Origin: Promethearchaeota archaeon
GTDB lineage: Archaea; Asgardarchaeota; Lokiarchaeia; Sigyniarchaeales; SOKP01
DNA length: 64,000 nucleotides
NCBI GenBank assembly: GCA_016840165.1
Contig: JAEOSU010000072.1
Location: 160,001 to 224,000 of the forward strand
Direction of reading: 5' to 3'
The notes beneath the pieces were generated by a model. It worked only from the letters and a program-made list of their open reading frames with translations. It made no database searches and had not been told where the DNA came from. A program made the translations under genes and the position numbers. Shown piece by piece: positions 30,101 through 38,625 of this stretch. Each line of letters starts with the position of its first letter. The stretch's first letter is position 1.

Positions 30101-31814
30101 TGTAAATTATTTAGATGTATATGGAAGTCTACTTAGTTCACAGATTGCATTATTCATCCTTTCTTTGTTTGAAATAGAACGTATGAAAACAAGAATCATG
30201 CTAATAATTCGATTAATGAGTTACTTTACCATCTCTTTGATGTTATTAGTGATATTAAGCCAATTTTTTATGATTAATCTTAGTTTATTGTATCTAGGTC
30301 TTGCGATATTTACCCTTATGCAGTTTTATAGTAATTATTTATATTATAAGATTAGGAAGGAGATAAAACCTGGAAAAGAATCAATATTTTTAAAATGGAA
30401 AAAATATAGACAAAGAGTTTTAGGAATTAGTTTTTACATTTTATTAATTGTTTACACTACACAGGTTCTTATAGTCATGGGAATGGAATTTCAGCTAATT
30501 TTATTTATTGATAGCTTGATTGCGCATATTTTAATGCTCGGAGATAGTTATTTATTCAAGTTTTTAGGTAAGTATGCTAATATTTTCGTTTTAATCACGT
30601 GGGGATCAATATTTGGCTTTTCATTCCTATATTTTATCACTTGGATCACGATATTCTCGTATTTAATCATTCCAGTTATTATTTTGTTATTATTACTCGA
30701 AATTACGTATTTAAACTTGATAATTCCTTATTCGAAAGTAATTAGAATTGATAAAAATAAGATCAAAAAATTTATTCTATATCTATACTATCTTAATTTT
30801 GTTAGCTGGCCCCTATTTTACATAAATCTTAACATTATACAAGCATTTAACGTGATTCTTTTATCCTTAGGAATATTATCGCTTGAGTTATTAATAGATA
30901 AGAGAATTAAAACAATACCTGATAAAATAAGGAAATGGTTGATTGAAATTGATATAATTTGTTTTGGAGCAATTCTATCCTTGGATATATTTCTCTTCTT
31001 AGAATTTTATGTAGCTCCTAACTTTTCGTTAAATATAAGCTTGGCTTTATTGGTTTTTATGCTTTTCATGGGATATGTAATAAAACCTCTAAAGAGAAAA
31101 AAAATAATCTCCTTCTTATACTGGACATCGATCTTTATTTTATTGAGTTTAATAACCTATAATTTAACCATTTCAGGATTTAGCTGGGGTTTTCTGATTT
31201 TTGGGATCATTTTGTATCCCTTCATCTTTATGTTGGAAGAGTTAAAAATCTTCATCGCAAACCTCGTAACTTTTATAAAAACCTCATTTATTAAGATCAA
31301 AAATGCGATTATTACACTGTATTATAGTACATTGAACTTCATAAAAAGAAATTTCAAATATGTGAAAATTTTGATAAGTCTTGGAATAGGGATATTAATC
31401 GGTCTTACATTCTCTGAATTCGGACTTGGAGTATTAAATATTTACCATTCCGTATTATTAACTCTTGCTATATTTGGTATGTTATTTGGTTTAATTCCTA
31501 GTAAGAAGGTTTCCGATCCGGATGATGTTTTTGAGCAGAAAATGAAACGCTTTATAACTATTTGGATAAGTACCTCTTTATTTATATACGTACTGCTATT
31601 ACCCTATATTGAATCATTTTTATATTCTTTAATACTTATGACCTCATCAATACTGGGGTTGAGTGCGATAGTTCTAATTTTTATTTACCGAAAGGAGAAG
31701 AAACAAAAAATTTCCATAAAGTGGCGCTTTTATACAACAATTATTTCGATAATATTAGTCATAATATGGATAATCCTGATTGTGTTCTGGTATTTTACTG
31801 AAGTACGAATTTGA
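24192..31814 (+). CDS. Giant (2540 aa) polytopic membrane protein, unknown function
   Basis: 7.6-kb uninterrupted ORF in AT-rich DNA, composed almost entirely of hydrophobic helices with Lys/Arg-rich short loops. TTG start with GGAG upstream (alternative ATG at 24222). Confidence 0.85.
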   Translation: MNEEIIEDPKMRKWQIANMILSLFFIFITILFSYLIEYPIIILIIIPIIIIITYYEQKANVSPTKYSRFIYILSIVIVLGTINFWIIPSFIDFYPFNIQVIVFCISFYLLLQYFIRYEYFKKESVIIAQHILSYLTFIVIAYSFFPILSFEFSSISNESAALTLNVLAHILINLLVLLSSLYYLYLRHLKMKSSKVFNLILLTIFLLIELNFYAIINLLNFYRIDYGSFIQFLFIGLNLIPIIFLGYVLVNFILGIIPEQVEKKLSYILLWIILSLSSFSIIFVFYTSFQIVLITILIFSVISQLLLTIGWKFTYISEISLRKLRIIILYAIYLDLFVLTFTPFFDLLQMINFEYPILFSIYFSLLIIAIIHNICYSQFRISKLFLFSLNVLSLLFTTLLIFLFCMFFTSGTYYSLIIPVLFSCLFLFIALFYIKSIVKSKILLNKLIFYNLYIVSALITSIPYFITFEMVKLGYTVDFLSPFNFSLYILYFILALLYIFSRNLSFKEDSRDLLLKIQVGIEVLIAFTTIFYYPYLLLRGTTYQFILPILFTSAFAFLPLFFSYKKRFFPKIVNKYTIIFNVLILWGCIISLPSFVAMELTLLGFVVDLYLVVLITGIIVFAFLLFLNNVAKYLSLTSRTIEIIKMFQLINWMIVCVLSSWQVFLFIDGLFHVILLPEISIAISVIFFLLINLINLPLLESFKQIVFENRKSRYDYYKIYKIYEYNKNVIYFGLIFAISFLISLLPRQFGLYSIIFIEESFIFPLLIQIAILTLFSLLLMHIKISSFKIEFVKVKLILEMICWFCLKIIICLFVILFSVQISVINRIFLGVLVFSILSPISVYYLNEKFIILEPSIKRMKQGILALFLVSIISFFAEFYWLLYFELAIIAIDQLYLIINSLFIVYLYLNFTTIHYKHIIEEEKSISLYKFFGINILLLSSVILINSIFFLFFLILLYSLILYNRNRSIIFRLIMYLALSIFCFNEFIINFDSINFLKTYSVNEYGLVPFLGLASIMSVLTFSIIINSRGENFIESRLLYVLISLFSYISFITFTSIAQIYSVSLSASVLLLFLGITLHLQSNAKSKWYIGLSILVLIFDFVLFLSETIFFTGILFQTSKTILSYTLAFSITEILLVLIFKSSSGKLRKYSFYGAFGLLLATLPTFTYFFLISLFALPLFEPIIFIISVDVFILVFYLSIATYQKQISWQVWRTGWWLWILCPVANFYIIYESLAGIDLFTSSLSFFGLFNINGSFIVALMICIVISLPFWYSWIKKHFSETLFIVWGLSLFALYWLSQNIFASNIFFTNFLFVVFAVFLLIPILFWMKLWKLFSISWAIFSITVISFLIILFNALGFLIEMNYSLNIIISGGFLLIASFFPTLRAQKSLILIFSYAIVIIGTFLSVFYINYFIFLNIFIALAMSLIIIGASLFTSRIFKLNQFIFNTVISIALISGLSLLTYSTFSLIPNFELGALFLTMTVGGLSFFVFNHFKMLLGINKIIPLAILSLGLSLSLSSFVLAFLPGTIFLAATVFISINIAFFYFVLYELRYVLLYLIPIPISTFFLEFIGLIEIFRPLIVFILIALMLYTTSFQLILNILNPAKSKSVDIEYKGLLKIYNDQKRIRVINFSALVLNSTYFSLFITLISPLSLLYQILEFLIVWSVLILFSLRYFRKWNLDKEFIDLASIIFKFSSIIAVLLYFELAFLVFGILLEYFLLELQICILMSLIFYFLLSLLDIYVIKRGHRHLMHLFNIADYILITIFLIAFLNQFLFINTNLLLLIIILILLMQFYTNYGIFSFLKDFESLEKTKLENMKEIGKNIITNLLFLAISLYGANFITNMIQQTYPTISIISLLSSYIMIFSIFMYIFNMVFKTKYQRVLTSSFFITFQILLAIFWISLFSFLDLLTLYSFALLLIIETIFTFYSVNLIDKLLSGKIKENLKPKIYVILSLLVYFEFSFLVFSIAVNYLDVYGSLLSSQIALFILSLFEIERMKTRIMLIIRLMSYFTISLMLLVILSQFFMINLSLLYLGLAIFTLMQFYSNYLYYKIRKEIKPGKESIFLKWKKYRQRVLGISFYILLIVYTTQVLIVMGMEFQLILFIDSLIAHILMLGDSYLFKFLGKYANIFVLITWGSIFGFSFLYFITWITIFSYLIIPVIILLLLLEITYLNLIIPYSKVIRIDKNKIKKFILYLYYLNFVSWPLFYINLNIIQAFNVILLSLGILSLELLIDKRIKTIPDKIRKWLIEIDIICFGAILSLDIFLFLEFYVAPNFSLNISLALLVFMLFMGYVIKPLKRKKIISFLYWTSIFILLSLITYNLTISGFSWGFLIFGIILYPFIFMLEELKIFIANLVTFIKTSFIKIKNAIITLYYSTLNFIKRNFKYVKILISLGIGILIGLTFSEFGLGVLNIYHSVLLTLAIFGMLFGLIPSKKVSDPDDVFEQKMKRFITIWISTSLFIYVLLLPYIESFLYSLILMTSSILGLSAIVLIFIYRKEKKQKISIKWRFYTTIISIILVIIWIILIVFWYFTEVRI

Positions 31815-31881
31815 ACTATACTAAATGAGATAATAATTTAAGGTTAGATTATTTCATAATATAGATAGAAAAAACGAGAAG

Positions 31882-32034
31882 TTATTTAAGATTCTTTTCT
31901 TTCCACTTATTTAAATATTCCCTAAAATCATTTTCATCAAGACCAAGCGCATTTTTTTTGGTTTTAGGTTCTATTTTTGATGGAAATTTTTTAAATCCAA
32001 GACTCCAATCATAATAGGAGATTGCTTTAGACAT
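31882..32034 (-). CDS. Possible 50-aa small protein not in the ORF track (MSKAISYYDWSLGFKKFPSKIEPKTKKNALGLDENDFREYLNKWKEKNLK)
   Basis: Read by hand: ATG at 32034, TAA ending at 31882, in otherwise empty intergenic space; composition looks protein-like. Confidence 0.4.
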   Translation of the reverse strand: MSKAISYYDWSLGFKKFPSKIEPKTKKNALGLDENDFREYLNKWKEKNLK

Positions 32035-32211
32035 AATAAAAAAGTACATATAAGAGAAAATAAATTACTACAGACTGGAAATTTTCTAATAATTCTAATA
32101 TGATCTTTGTTCCTTCTTCCATGTTTACAAAAGTGAAAATCTTTTTCTAAAAATTAATAAGCTTAGGACAAAAATTTTACTGCATACTATTTCTAATAAA
32201 TGTGAAAATAT

Positions 32212-32751
32212 ATGGAAGAGGAAAAACCTAAATTAAATGTAAAGGATTGGATTATTATCAGCACGACGATGATTGGCGTAAATCTAACTATTCTTGCGCT
32301 TATATGGCAGTTCCCTCCAGAAGGGATTTATTCTGCAACCTTATTTTTGATGCTATCGTTTATTTTATTTATCAATAGTGTATCAGCAAATTCGAAGGCA
32401 AATTTTGAAGTTCAATCAGGTAATTCTTCTAAACAAAAAATATTAAAGTTCGTTTCATTCGCGGAATATTCATTTGGGCTTGGATTTACGTTTATAATTA
32501 TTGGATTCTCAATTTTAAGCTACAAGTACCTCCAAGATTTCGTTGGTCAGGATAATATCATGGTTCTAATTATTCCAGCAGCGTTTCTTGTGACAGCATG
32601 GATTATGATAATCATCTATAATGCAATTAATTATTCAGGAAAAGCTCTAAAGGGGATAAGAAGTTTAAAACGTAATTTATGGATGATCATGGAATTTATT
32701 TGTTTAATTATGATTATTCTCGATTTCTTAAACCTTTTCACAATCCCATAA
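32212..32751 (+). CDS. Membrane protein (about 5 TM), hypothetical
   Basis: 179-aa ORF with five hydrophobic segments. Confidence 0.75.
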   Translation: MEEEKPKLNVKDWIIISTTMIGVNLTILALIWQFPPEGIYSATLFLMLSFILFINSVSANSKANFEVQSGNSSKQKILKFVSFAEYSFGLGFTFIIIGFSILSYKYLQDFVGQDNIMVLIIPAAFLVTAWIMIIIYNAINYSGKALKGIRSLKRNLWMIMEFICLIMIILDFLNLFTIP

Positions 32752-33223
32752 ATCTTTTTTTCTTTATTATAACTCGATATTTAGTAATAAGAAATAGATT
32801 AGAACTAATAATAATAAATAAGGAGGATAAAGGCCGAGAAGATGCAAATGAAAACCGAAAGGTATTCATTGCATAAGTATAGTAAGTCTTTACTTGCGTA
32901 AAGGGTTTTCAATGCATTTTCTTCAATCGAAAGTTTGATTCGAGAACCAATCATTCAATTGCTTATCCGAAGATAATGCCTACCTCCCGAGGGAAGTGAG
33001 ACAAGCGCTAAATTAATATACTCGGAAGTATATTTTTTAGCAACAATACATTGCGTTTACTATACAACTTCTCGTTATTCATACGGTAAAGTATGAACAA
33101 TATATATATTGAAAAGGACATATTTAAATGAACCTATTAACGGGTTATTATACATTTATGTCGCTGGTTTCGGTTTTTCATTTTTTTTAGTCGGAATCAG
33201 CGAAGAATTAAAGATGATTTTTA

Positions 33224-35635
33224 TCATTCACTTAGGAAACAGGATAAATTTTTCTGAATGAACTTGTGATTATCTTTATCATTCAAGAATTCGTCTAATT
33301 CGGGAAATTTTATAGGAAACAGGTTTTCGAATGCTCTCTTAAGGATTTCAACGTACTTTTTCGTATCATAATGATGTCGTTTTTCATCATAGAGATCCAA
33401 GAGGATGACTTTTCTTTCTGGAAAGGCCGGATCTGCGCCAGCATCGAGGATGATATAGCGTACATTTTTCCCAGCCGATGTAACAACCCCAGAATTTTCC
33501 AATTGTCTTGCTGCAACAGCTTGATATGAATTTACTTTATATTTTGATGGTTTTCGAGAGATTCTTTGGCGAATGGTGAGATCCTCCTTCGAAAGATTAC
33601 CTTTTTTAATTCGATCCACATACTTATAGAATAATTCTTTAGCTTGGGGAATTCTTCTTTTGAATTCTTCGACCGATATTGCCCCTTTAAATACATCAAT
33701 AAACGAATATTGAGCATCTTTTACTATTTTTGGAATATCTCTCCGTCGAACCTCTATGCCTCGTACCTTGATCTCATTGTTGCTTTTAATCCCCCAGTAG
33801 TGACTCAATGCCGGAACATCCGGCTCTGCTCGAGAGGGTAAGAACACAATAACATTAAATCTTCCATCCCAGCTCATGGGAATTTTAGTCTCTTCAGTGA
33901 TTTGTTGAGCGAGCTTTTTCGTTACTTTTTCAAACTCTTCTGGACTTCTATTTTCCATATCCTGAAGCCACATGGAGTCAACAATCCCGTGAATTACTTT
34001 GCAGCCAAATTGTTTTGCAATCTCGGCAGAGCGCATAAGAAATTCACGAGCAAATGCACAAACTGTTTGATGGGCTTCTATTTTGCCGAAACGCGCATTT
34101 TTAAATCCTAGATATCCAAAACTAACCACTAAAACCCACTTTAACGCTATATCCGTGAACTTATATCGCATCTCTCCGGTTTTTCTTACATGTTCTTTAC
34201 ATTTTAGCCGTTTATTCAAGGGAAGGCTAATTGATTTCGATATGATTCCTTGTCGTTTGGTACAGATGTGAAAATCTAAACCTGGAACTTTTATTCCTGT
34301 TTTGTCGTCTTTGCAGCACTGACAGTTAATCGTTTCCGAAGAGATGTTATAATTGGCCATTAATGAAGGATACATTGAGGAAAAGTCCAATTCTACAACT
34401 TGATCAAAAATACCGATTTGTGGCTCAAAAATGTGACCGCCTCGATCACTTCGAATAAGATCCAAACCACTATTAAACTCTTCGGGGCTTTTTTTAAAAG
34501 GGGGAATCAAATGCTCTAGCTTATATGCATAATAATACTGGATTGACTGAAGTGCGCCTCCAATTGTGATACGACTTAGCCTTTGTAGGGAAACACGGGA
34601 AATACGAGCCACTTCAATGACACCAGGTATATTTCCTTCCGTAAAATGAAGGCTGGCATATGAGTTAGTATCCAAGTGAAATCGGCCCGAGAAATAGACT
34701 TGTGTTTTTGAGCGCCTTCGTATAATGCCATAGGACATATAGTGATCGGAACTTCCAGAGAGCTTGAAGATACAATCTGCTAATGGGGTTTTGTCTCGAG
34801 AAAAATATAATTCTTTTTTTATACGATGAACTGATGCTCTTGCCGCTAGATAAGGAAATAAAAACTCATCTCCTTTTTGAGTAAGGATAATGTCAGGATC
34901 CAGTTTCTCAACTACAAGGGAGAGCTCTTTTATATTTTCCGCCTCATCACCATTATTAATAACGATCTTTCTTTTTTTATAGCCATCTGCCCGAGGGACG
35001 TTATCTTCGTCGTTTTCAACGATACTTATTTCGGCAAAAGCCATTGGATCGTCATAATAATATCTGATTCCTCTTTGCTGCACCTTTACATCCAGCCAAA
35101 TCGCTTTTAGAGGAGGGAGATCATAAAATAGTTGCTCATTATCATCGTTAAGAGTAAGGGAAAGTAAGTTCATGATCTCAACTCCGGTTTTCTTATCTTT
35201 CTTTATTTCTACCTTGAATTCACAGAGCGAGATTGGAAACAAATCTTTGACATAATAATACATCTGAGCAATGGGTAGGTCGATATTATAGAGGATGAAA
35301 AGCCCTATTTCATCGACCATTCGAATTACTTTTTTGAAAGCAGAAGGTTTTATTACAGAAATCCCAAGTAGTTTAGTTTTCTTATGATCTTCTAGTTTTA
35401 CATACTTCTCACAGATTCGCACCGACTTTACGTCATGGTTTTGTGCCAGACTGTGCTTAAAGCGCTGTAAATCTTTTCCAGCATTTCTTCTCGGGACCGC
35501 AAAAAACTCTGGAGAAAAGGAATCATGAATCCGCACAATCTTTTGTGTACTAAGTGTCTTTATCCAAAGGATTACTCCTTCACTACAAGTTGAGACATCT
35601 AAAAGCCAACCGGCAAAATTTTGTTCTTTGGACAC
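33224..35635 (-). CDS. polB2: Family B DNA polymerase, PolB2 (Dpo2) group
   Basis: Motif A LDFSSMYPS; motif B LKWVLVVSFGYLG; variant motif C HGIVDS; FGKIEAH; eroded exonuclease motifs; CQCC insert. GTG start 1 nt after the stop of the upstream small gene. Confidence 0.88.
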   Translation of the reverse strand: MSKEQNFAGWLLDVSTCSEGVILWIKTLSTQKIVRIHDSFSPEFFAVPRRNAGKDLQRFKHSLAQNHDVKSVRICEKYVKLEDHKKTKLLGISVIKPSAFKKVIRMVDEIGLFILYNIDLPIAQMYYYVKDLFPISLCEFKVEIKKDKKTGVEIMNLLSLTLNDDNEQLFYDLPPLKAIWLDVKVQQRGIRYYYDDPMAFAEISIVENDEDNVPRADGYKKRKIVINNGDEAENIKELSLVVEKLDPDIILTQKGDEFLFPYLAARASVHRIKKELYFSRDKTPLADCIFKLSGSSDHYMSYGIIRRRSKTQVYFSGRFHLDTNSYASLHFTEGNIPGVIEVARISRVSLQRLSRITIGGALQSIQYYYAYKLEHLIPPFKKSPEEFNSGLDLIRSDRGGHIFEPQIGIFDQVVELDFSSMYPSLMANYNISSETINCQCCKDDKTGIKVPGLDFHICTKRQGIISKSISLPLNKRLKCKEHVRKTGEMRYKFTDIALKWVLVVSFGYLGFKNARFGKIEAHQTVCAFAREFLMRSAEIAKQFGCKVIHGIVDSMWLQDMENRSPEEFEKVTKKLAQQITEETKIPMSWDGRFNVIVFLPSRAEPDVPALSHYWGIKSNNEIKVRGIEVRRRDIPKIVKDAQYSFIDVFKGAISVEEFKRRIPQAKELFYKYVDRIKKGNLSKEDLTIRQRISRKPSKYKVNSYQAVAARQLENSGVVTSAGKNVRYIILDAGADPAFPERKVILLDLYDEKRHHYDTKKYVEILKRAFENLFPIKFPELDEFLNDKDNHKFIQKNLSCFLSE

Positions 35636-35636
35636 C

Positions 35637-35909
35637 TTAATTTTTCTCTTTGATGATTTGCTCTAATTCATCGACTCGCGCTTCCAAAAACTCGATTTTT
35701 TTCTCTTGTTCAATAGCATAAGAAATAAAAAGGATTTCAGAAAGCATTGGGCGCGCTCCCAAGCTGCCAGCATCCGCATGAATCCGAGCATAATTCATCA
35801 ATTTGTCAAAAACTTTTTGATCTTCCGGTCTGAGCGCCCGTTTATAATCCTTCCAGCTCTCTATTTCATGTTCCAAGGCTGGTCGAAAAGCAGGTACAGT
35901 TCTTCCCAT
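35637..35909 (-). CDS. Small alpha-helical PolB2-associated protein (arCOG07300-like)
   Basis: MGRTVPAFR..EIESWKDYKRALR.ED...FD.L...AR.HA signature; stop 1 nt before the polB2 start. Start placed at ATG 35909. Confidence 0.8.
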   Translation of the reverse strand: MGRTVPAFRPALEHEIESWKDYKRALRPEDQKVFDKLMNYARIHADAGSLGARPMLSEILFISYAIEQEKKIEFLEARVDELEQIIKEKN

Positions 35910-36059
35910 AAAAACCCCACATAACAAAATCAGGGATCACATTAAAAAAACAATACATCGTAAATTTTTTGATTTTCATTTAAATGGATAATATAAGCAT
36001 AAATAGATCATTGACGTTGTAAGTAGTAAAAAAGAAAAATAATATCGATATAATAAAAA

Positions 36060-37031
36060 ATGACCTATAAAATAATTGATAGTTTGTGCTACGTACCGAC
36101 CGAAGAAGTGGTTGTGGATCTTATAGTATCGTTGCCTCCACAAATGTCTCGCTATTTGAAAGATGTTTTTGGTCCACGAGTTGCCCCTATATTGGGTATT
36201 AGTGCTGAAGAGCTTTATAGTATGAAATCAACACTGACAGTACCAGAATTAAAAGCAACATTAAAGCAATTCATGCCAAATATAAAGAGATTGGCCATGA
36301 ATGTTGAGGATTTCGTTGAACAACTTAATAAGATGGGGGTCGAAAAAGCAGTTATTTTTAATCTTGATGAACAAACCCCAAGTGGAATCGCAGGTCTCCC
36401 AAACGATTATTATGCTGATATTGTAAAACAATATCCTGAAAAGTTCATCGGGTTTGCGGGAATCGATCCGCTTAAAAAAATGAATGCCGTGAGAGAAATA
36501 AGTCGATGTTATGATATAGGTCTTAGAGGCATAGCAGTTCGTCCTTTTATGTTTGGTATTCCCCCTCATGATGCCAAAATGTATCCTTTGTATTCGAAAT
36601 GTGTGGAACTAGATATCCCAGTTTGGTTCCATCTTTCTATCAATTATTCAACTAATTCAATGGACGTCGAAAAACCGATAAATTTAGATATTGTAGCGCA
36701 AGACTTTCCTGAATTAAAGATGATTGCGGGCCATGGAGGCTGGCCTTGGGTGAGTGAATTAGTTGCAGTTGCATGGAAAAATCCTAACATTTACATTGAC
36801 ATTGCATCTTATCTTCCCCGTTATCTTGGAATGCAAGGAACTGGTTGGGAATCTCTTATTCATTATGGTAATACTGTACTCCAAGACAAAATTTTGTTTG
36901 GATCTACATGGCTCTTCATGGGAACCACTATTAAAAAGCTTGCTGATGGCATTATGGACCTTCCTCTTAAAGAAGAAGTGAAGAGAAAATGGTTATACCA
37001 TAATGCGGCAAGACTTTTAGGAATTGAATAA
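36060..37031 (+). CDS. Amidohydrolase family 2 (TIM barrel) protein
   Basis: YPEKFIGFAGIDP, YPLYSKCVELDIPVWFH, AGHGGWPW, NIYIDIAS, KILFGS, NAARLL. Confidence 0.88.
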   Translation: MTYKIIDSLCYVPTEEVVVDLIVSLPPQMSRYLKDVFGPRVAPILGISAEELYSMKSTLTVPELKATLKQFMPNIKRLAMNVEDFVEQLNKMGVEKAVIFNLDEQTPSGIAGLPNDYYADIVKQYPEKFIGFAGIDPLKKMNAVREISRCYDIGLRGIAVRPFMFGIPPHDAKMYPLYSKCVELDIPVWFHLSINYSTNSMDVEKPINLDIVAQDFPELKMIAGHGGWPWVSELVAVAWKNPNIYIDIASYLPRYLGMQGTGWESLIHYGNTVLQDKILFGSTWLFMGTTIKKLADGIMDLPLKEEVKRKWLYHNAARLLGIE

Positions 37032-37096
37032 TAATTAAAACCATACATTAATGATTAATATTTATATAAACCAATATGAGTGGGAGATATTGTTAT

Positions 37097-37522
37097 ATGT
37101 CAGTCTATTTAAAGGATCATGCTCCATGCGGAATATATTGTAAGCGATGTCCAGGCGTGAGAGCATATAACTGTAAGGGATGTCGAGAACAGAAAGGCAA
37201 GATAAAGGATTTTACTATTTGTGAAACTTATAAATGCGTTACAGAACGAGGAATCAACTTTTGCTATGAATGTGACGACTTCCCTTGTGAGAAATTACAA
37301 CCAATTGTTAATTTTGAAATTTTTATGCCCCATAATTCGAAAGTTTATAACTTACTCATGATAAAAAAACTAGGATTAGTGAAATGGAATGAGATCTGTG
37401 AGCAAAAGTCCGATTTGTATTATAAAGGACGTAAAGTTCGATATGGAGGCGATGAACTCACCTTAGAAGGAAAAGATCCGAATTTATATAAATCTAAAAA
37501 AGAGAAAAAAACAAAAGATTAA
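37097..37522 (+). CDS. DUF3795 Cys-rich metal-binding protein
   Basis: APCGIYCKRC, CKGCR, C..YKC, FCYECDDFPC. Start placed at the second ATG (ORF track: 37076). Confidence 0.82.
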   Translation: MSVYLKDHAPCGIYCKRCPGVRAYNCKGCREQKGKIKDFTICETYKCVTERGINFCYECDDFPCEKLQPIVNFEIFMPHNSKVYNLLMIKKLGLVKWNEICEQKSDLYYKGRKVRYGGDELTLEGKDPNLYKSKKEKKTKD

Positions 37523-38271
37523 AACCAACAGTCTAAAGTCAAATTTCTTAGTGGAACTTTTCCTTTTGATTGAGTAGGTTTCCACTTTACGAGTCTCTTT
37601 TCTTGGAGAAAGGGGTGTTGGATGAGTATGTATTCCGCAAATCGGTCCTTATCGTTTATTAGAACTAATACACTCCCAAAATGCGCAAGAATTTTTCCAC
37701 CTTTTGGCCTGAAAAGTGAATATTCGTTCAAAGGGGCAGTGATAAGGATTAATGGCTTATAATTTGAGAGTATGGTTTTAATCCCGTGTATTGCACGCAG
37801 CAAATCTTCGAATGTCTGCTTTTCGTAGCTTTGAAACAAGGCGGTAATCCCCGAGATCATAACCACTTTTATATGCTCCAGTTTCGCTAAGCGATTTTCG
37901 AGAAGTTCGACTATTTGATCCCATGTGAATGCACGAGCAATAAGAATATTTTCTAACGTTTTTGACGGTGATAAATTCTGCGTAACTGCGAACTTGCTTA
38001 CATTATAAGGATTAAAACGGTTATTCCCATCAATGAAGGCAATCTTATTGCCACCCCCTCCAAGTCCACCATTCAAAAAGGATTTTTGTGCAATCACTGC
38101 GGTTGTTAGAAGGATGTTGGTGGTGATCGCCTTATCTCCATATAGGAGATAAACTAAATCCTTCTGAAACCCTCCCTGTAAGAGCTCATCGAGGATTGTA
38201 TCGCCGCTTGAGAGGTGTGGTGTTTTTTTTCCTTTCTTATAAAACCCAAAACCCGAATTAAATGACATCAA
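37519..38271 (-). CDS. Inactivated RadA/RecA-like ATPase (PolB2-associated, ImuA-like)
   Basis: LSSGDTILDELLQGGF RecA-family start; Walker A degenerate (YGDKAITT); AFIDGNNRFNPY, ILIARAFTWDQ. Confidence 0.82.
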   Translation of the reverse strand: MMSFNSGFGFYKKGKKTPHLSSGDTILDELLQGGFQKDLVYLLYGDKAITTNILLTTAVIAQKSFLNGGLGGGGNKIAFIDGNNRFNPYNVSKFAVTQNLSPSKTLENILIARAFTWDQIVELLENRLAKLEHIKVVMISGITALFQSYEKQTFEDLLRAIHGIKTILSNYKPLILITAPLNEYSLFRPKGGKILAHFGSVLVLINDKDRFAEYILIQHPFLQEKRLVKWKPTQSKGKVPLRNLTLDCWF

Positions 38272-38625
38272 CTCATGTAAGGATCTGTGAAACTAAAAGT
38301 GGGTTACCCCGACAATTTTCTAAAACTTGTCTTGTGATTGTGAATTATTAGGAATATTTCTCTTTTTATGAAATGGTTTTACTCTTAAATGTAAGATAGA
38401 TTCATAGAGGGAGAGAGAGGTGATTGGAAATAAAAATAAAGAATATTATCAGATATTTGGTTTAGTGATGCTGATAAAAAGCATTACAGAGGGGATTAGA
38501 AAATTTCTATGTTTTTTTTACATTTGCTTAATTTTGTGCATTAGTGATTTACAAAAAAGAATAAATTCAACTTAAAACTTTAAATCATATCCTACCAATA
38601 ATAAATATTAACAATTTTTGAAAGA

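Noticed and set aside
24192-31814. Piezo homology for the giant membrane protein
   Set aside because: Only the size is similar. I see no PFEW-type motif and no large extracellular cap domain before the last helix, so homology is not supported by sequence.
32679-33200. ORF 32679-32876 and short hairpins in the gap before polB2 (e.g. TTCATAC-GGTAAA-GTATGAA near 33078-33097)
   Set aside because: The ORF overlaps the upstream gene and has no motifs. A 7-bp stem in AT-rich DNA can arise by chance, and I could not build a larger RNA fold.
33224-35635. polB2 as a pseudogene or as a marker of a casposon, virus or other mobile element
   Set aside because: The ORF is intact, and HGIVDS is the normal PolB2 variant. 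There are no protein-primed PolB insertions, Cas1/integrase, capsid genes or terminal repeats.
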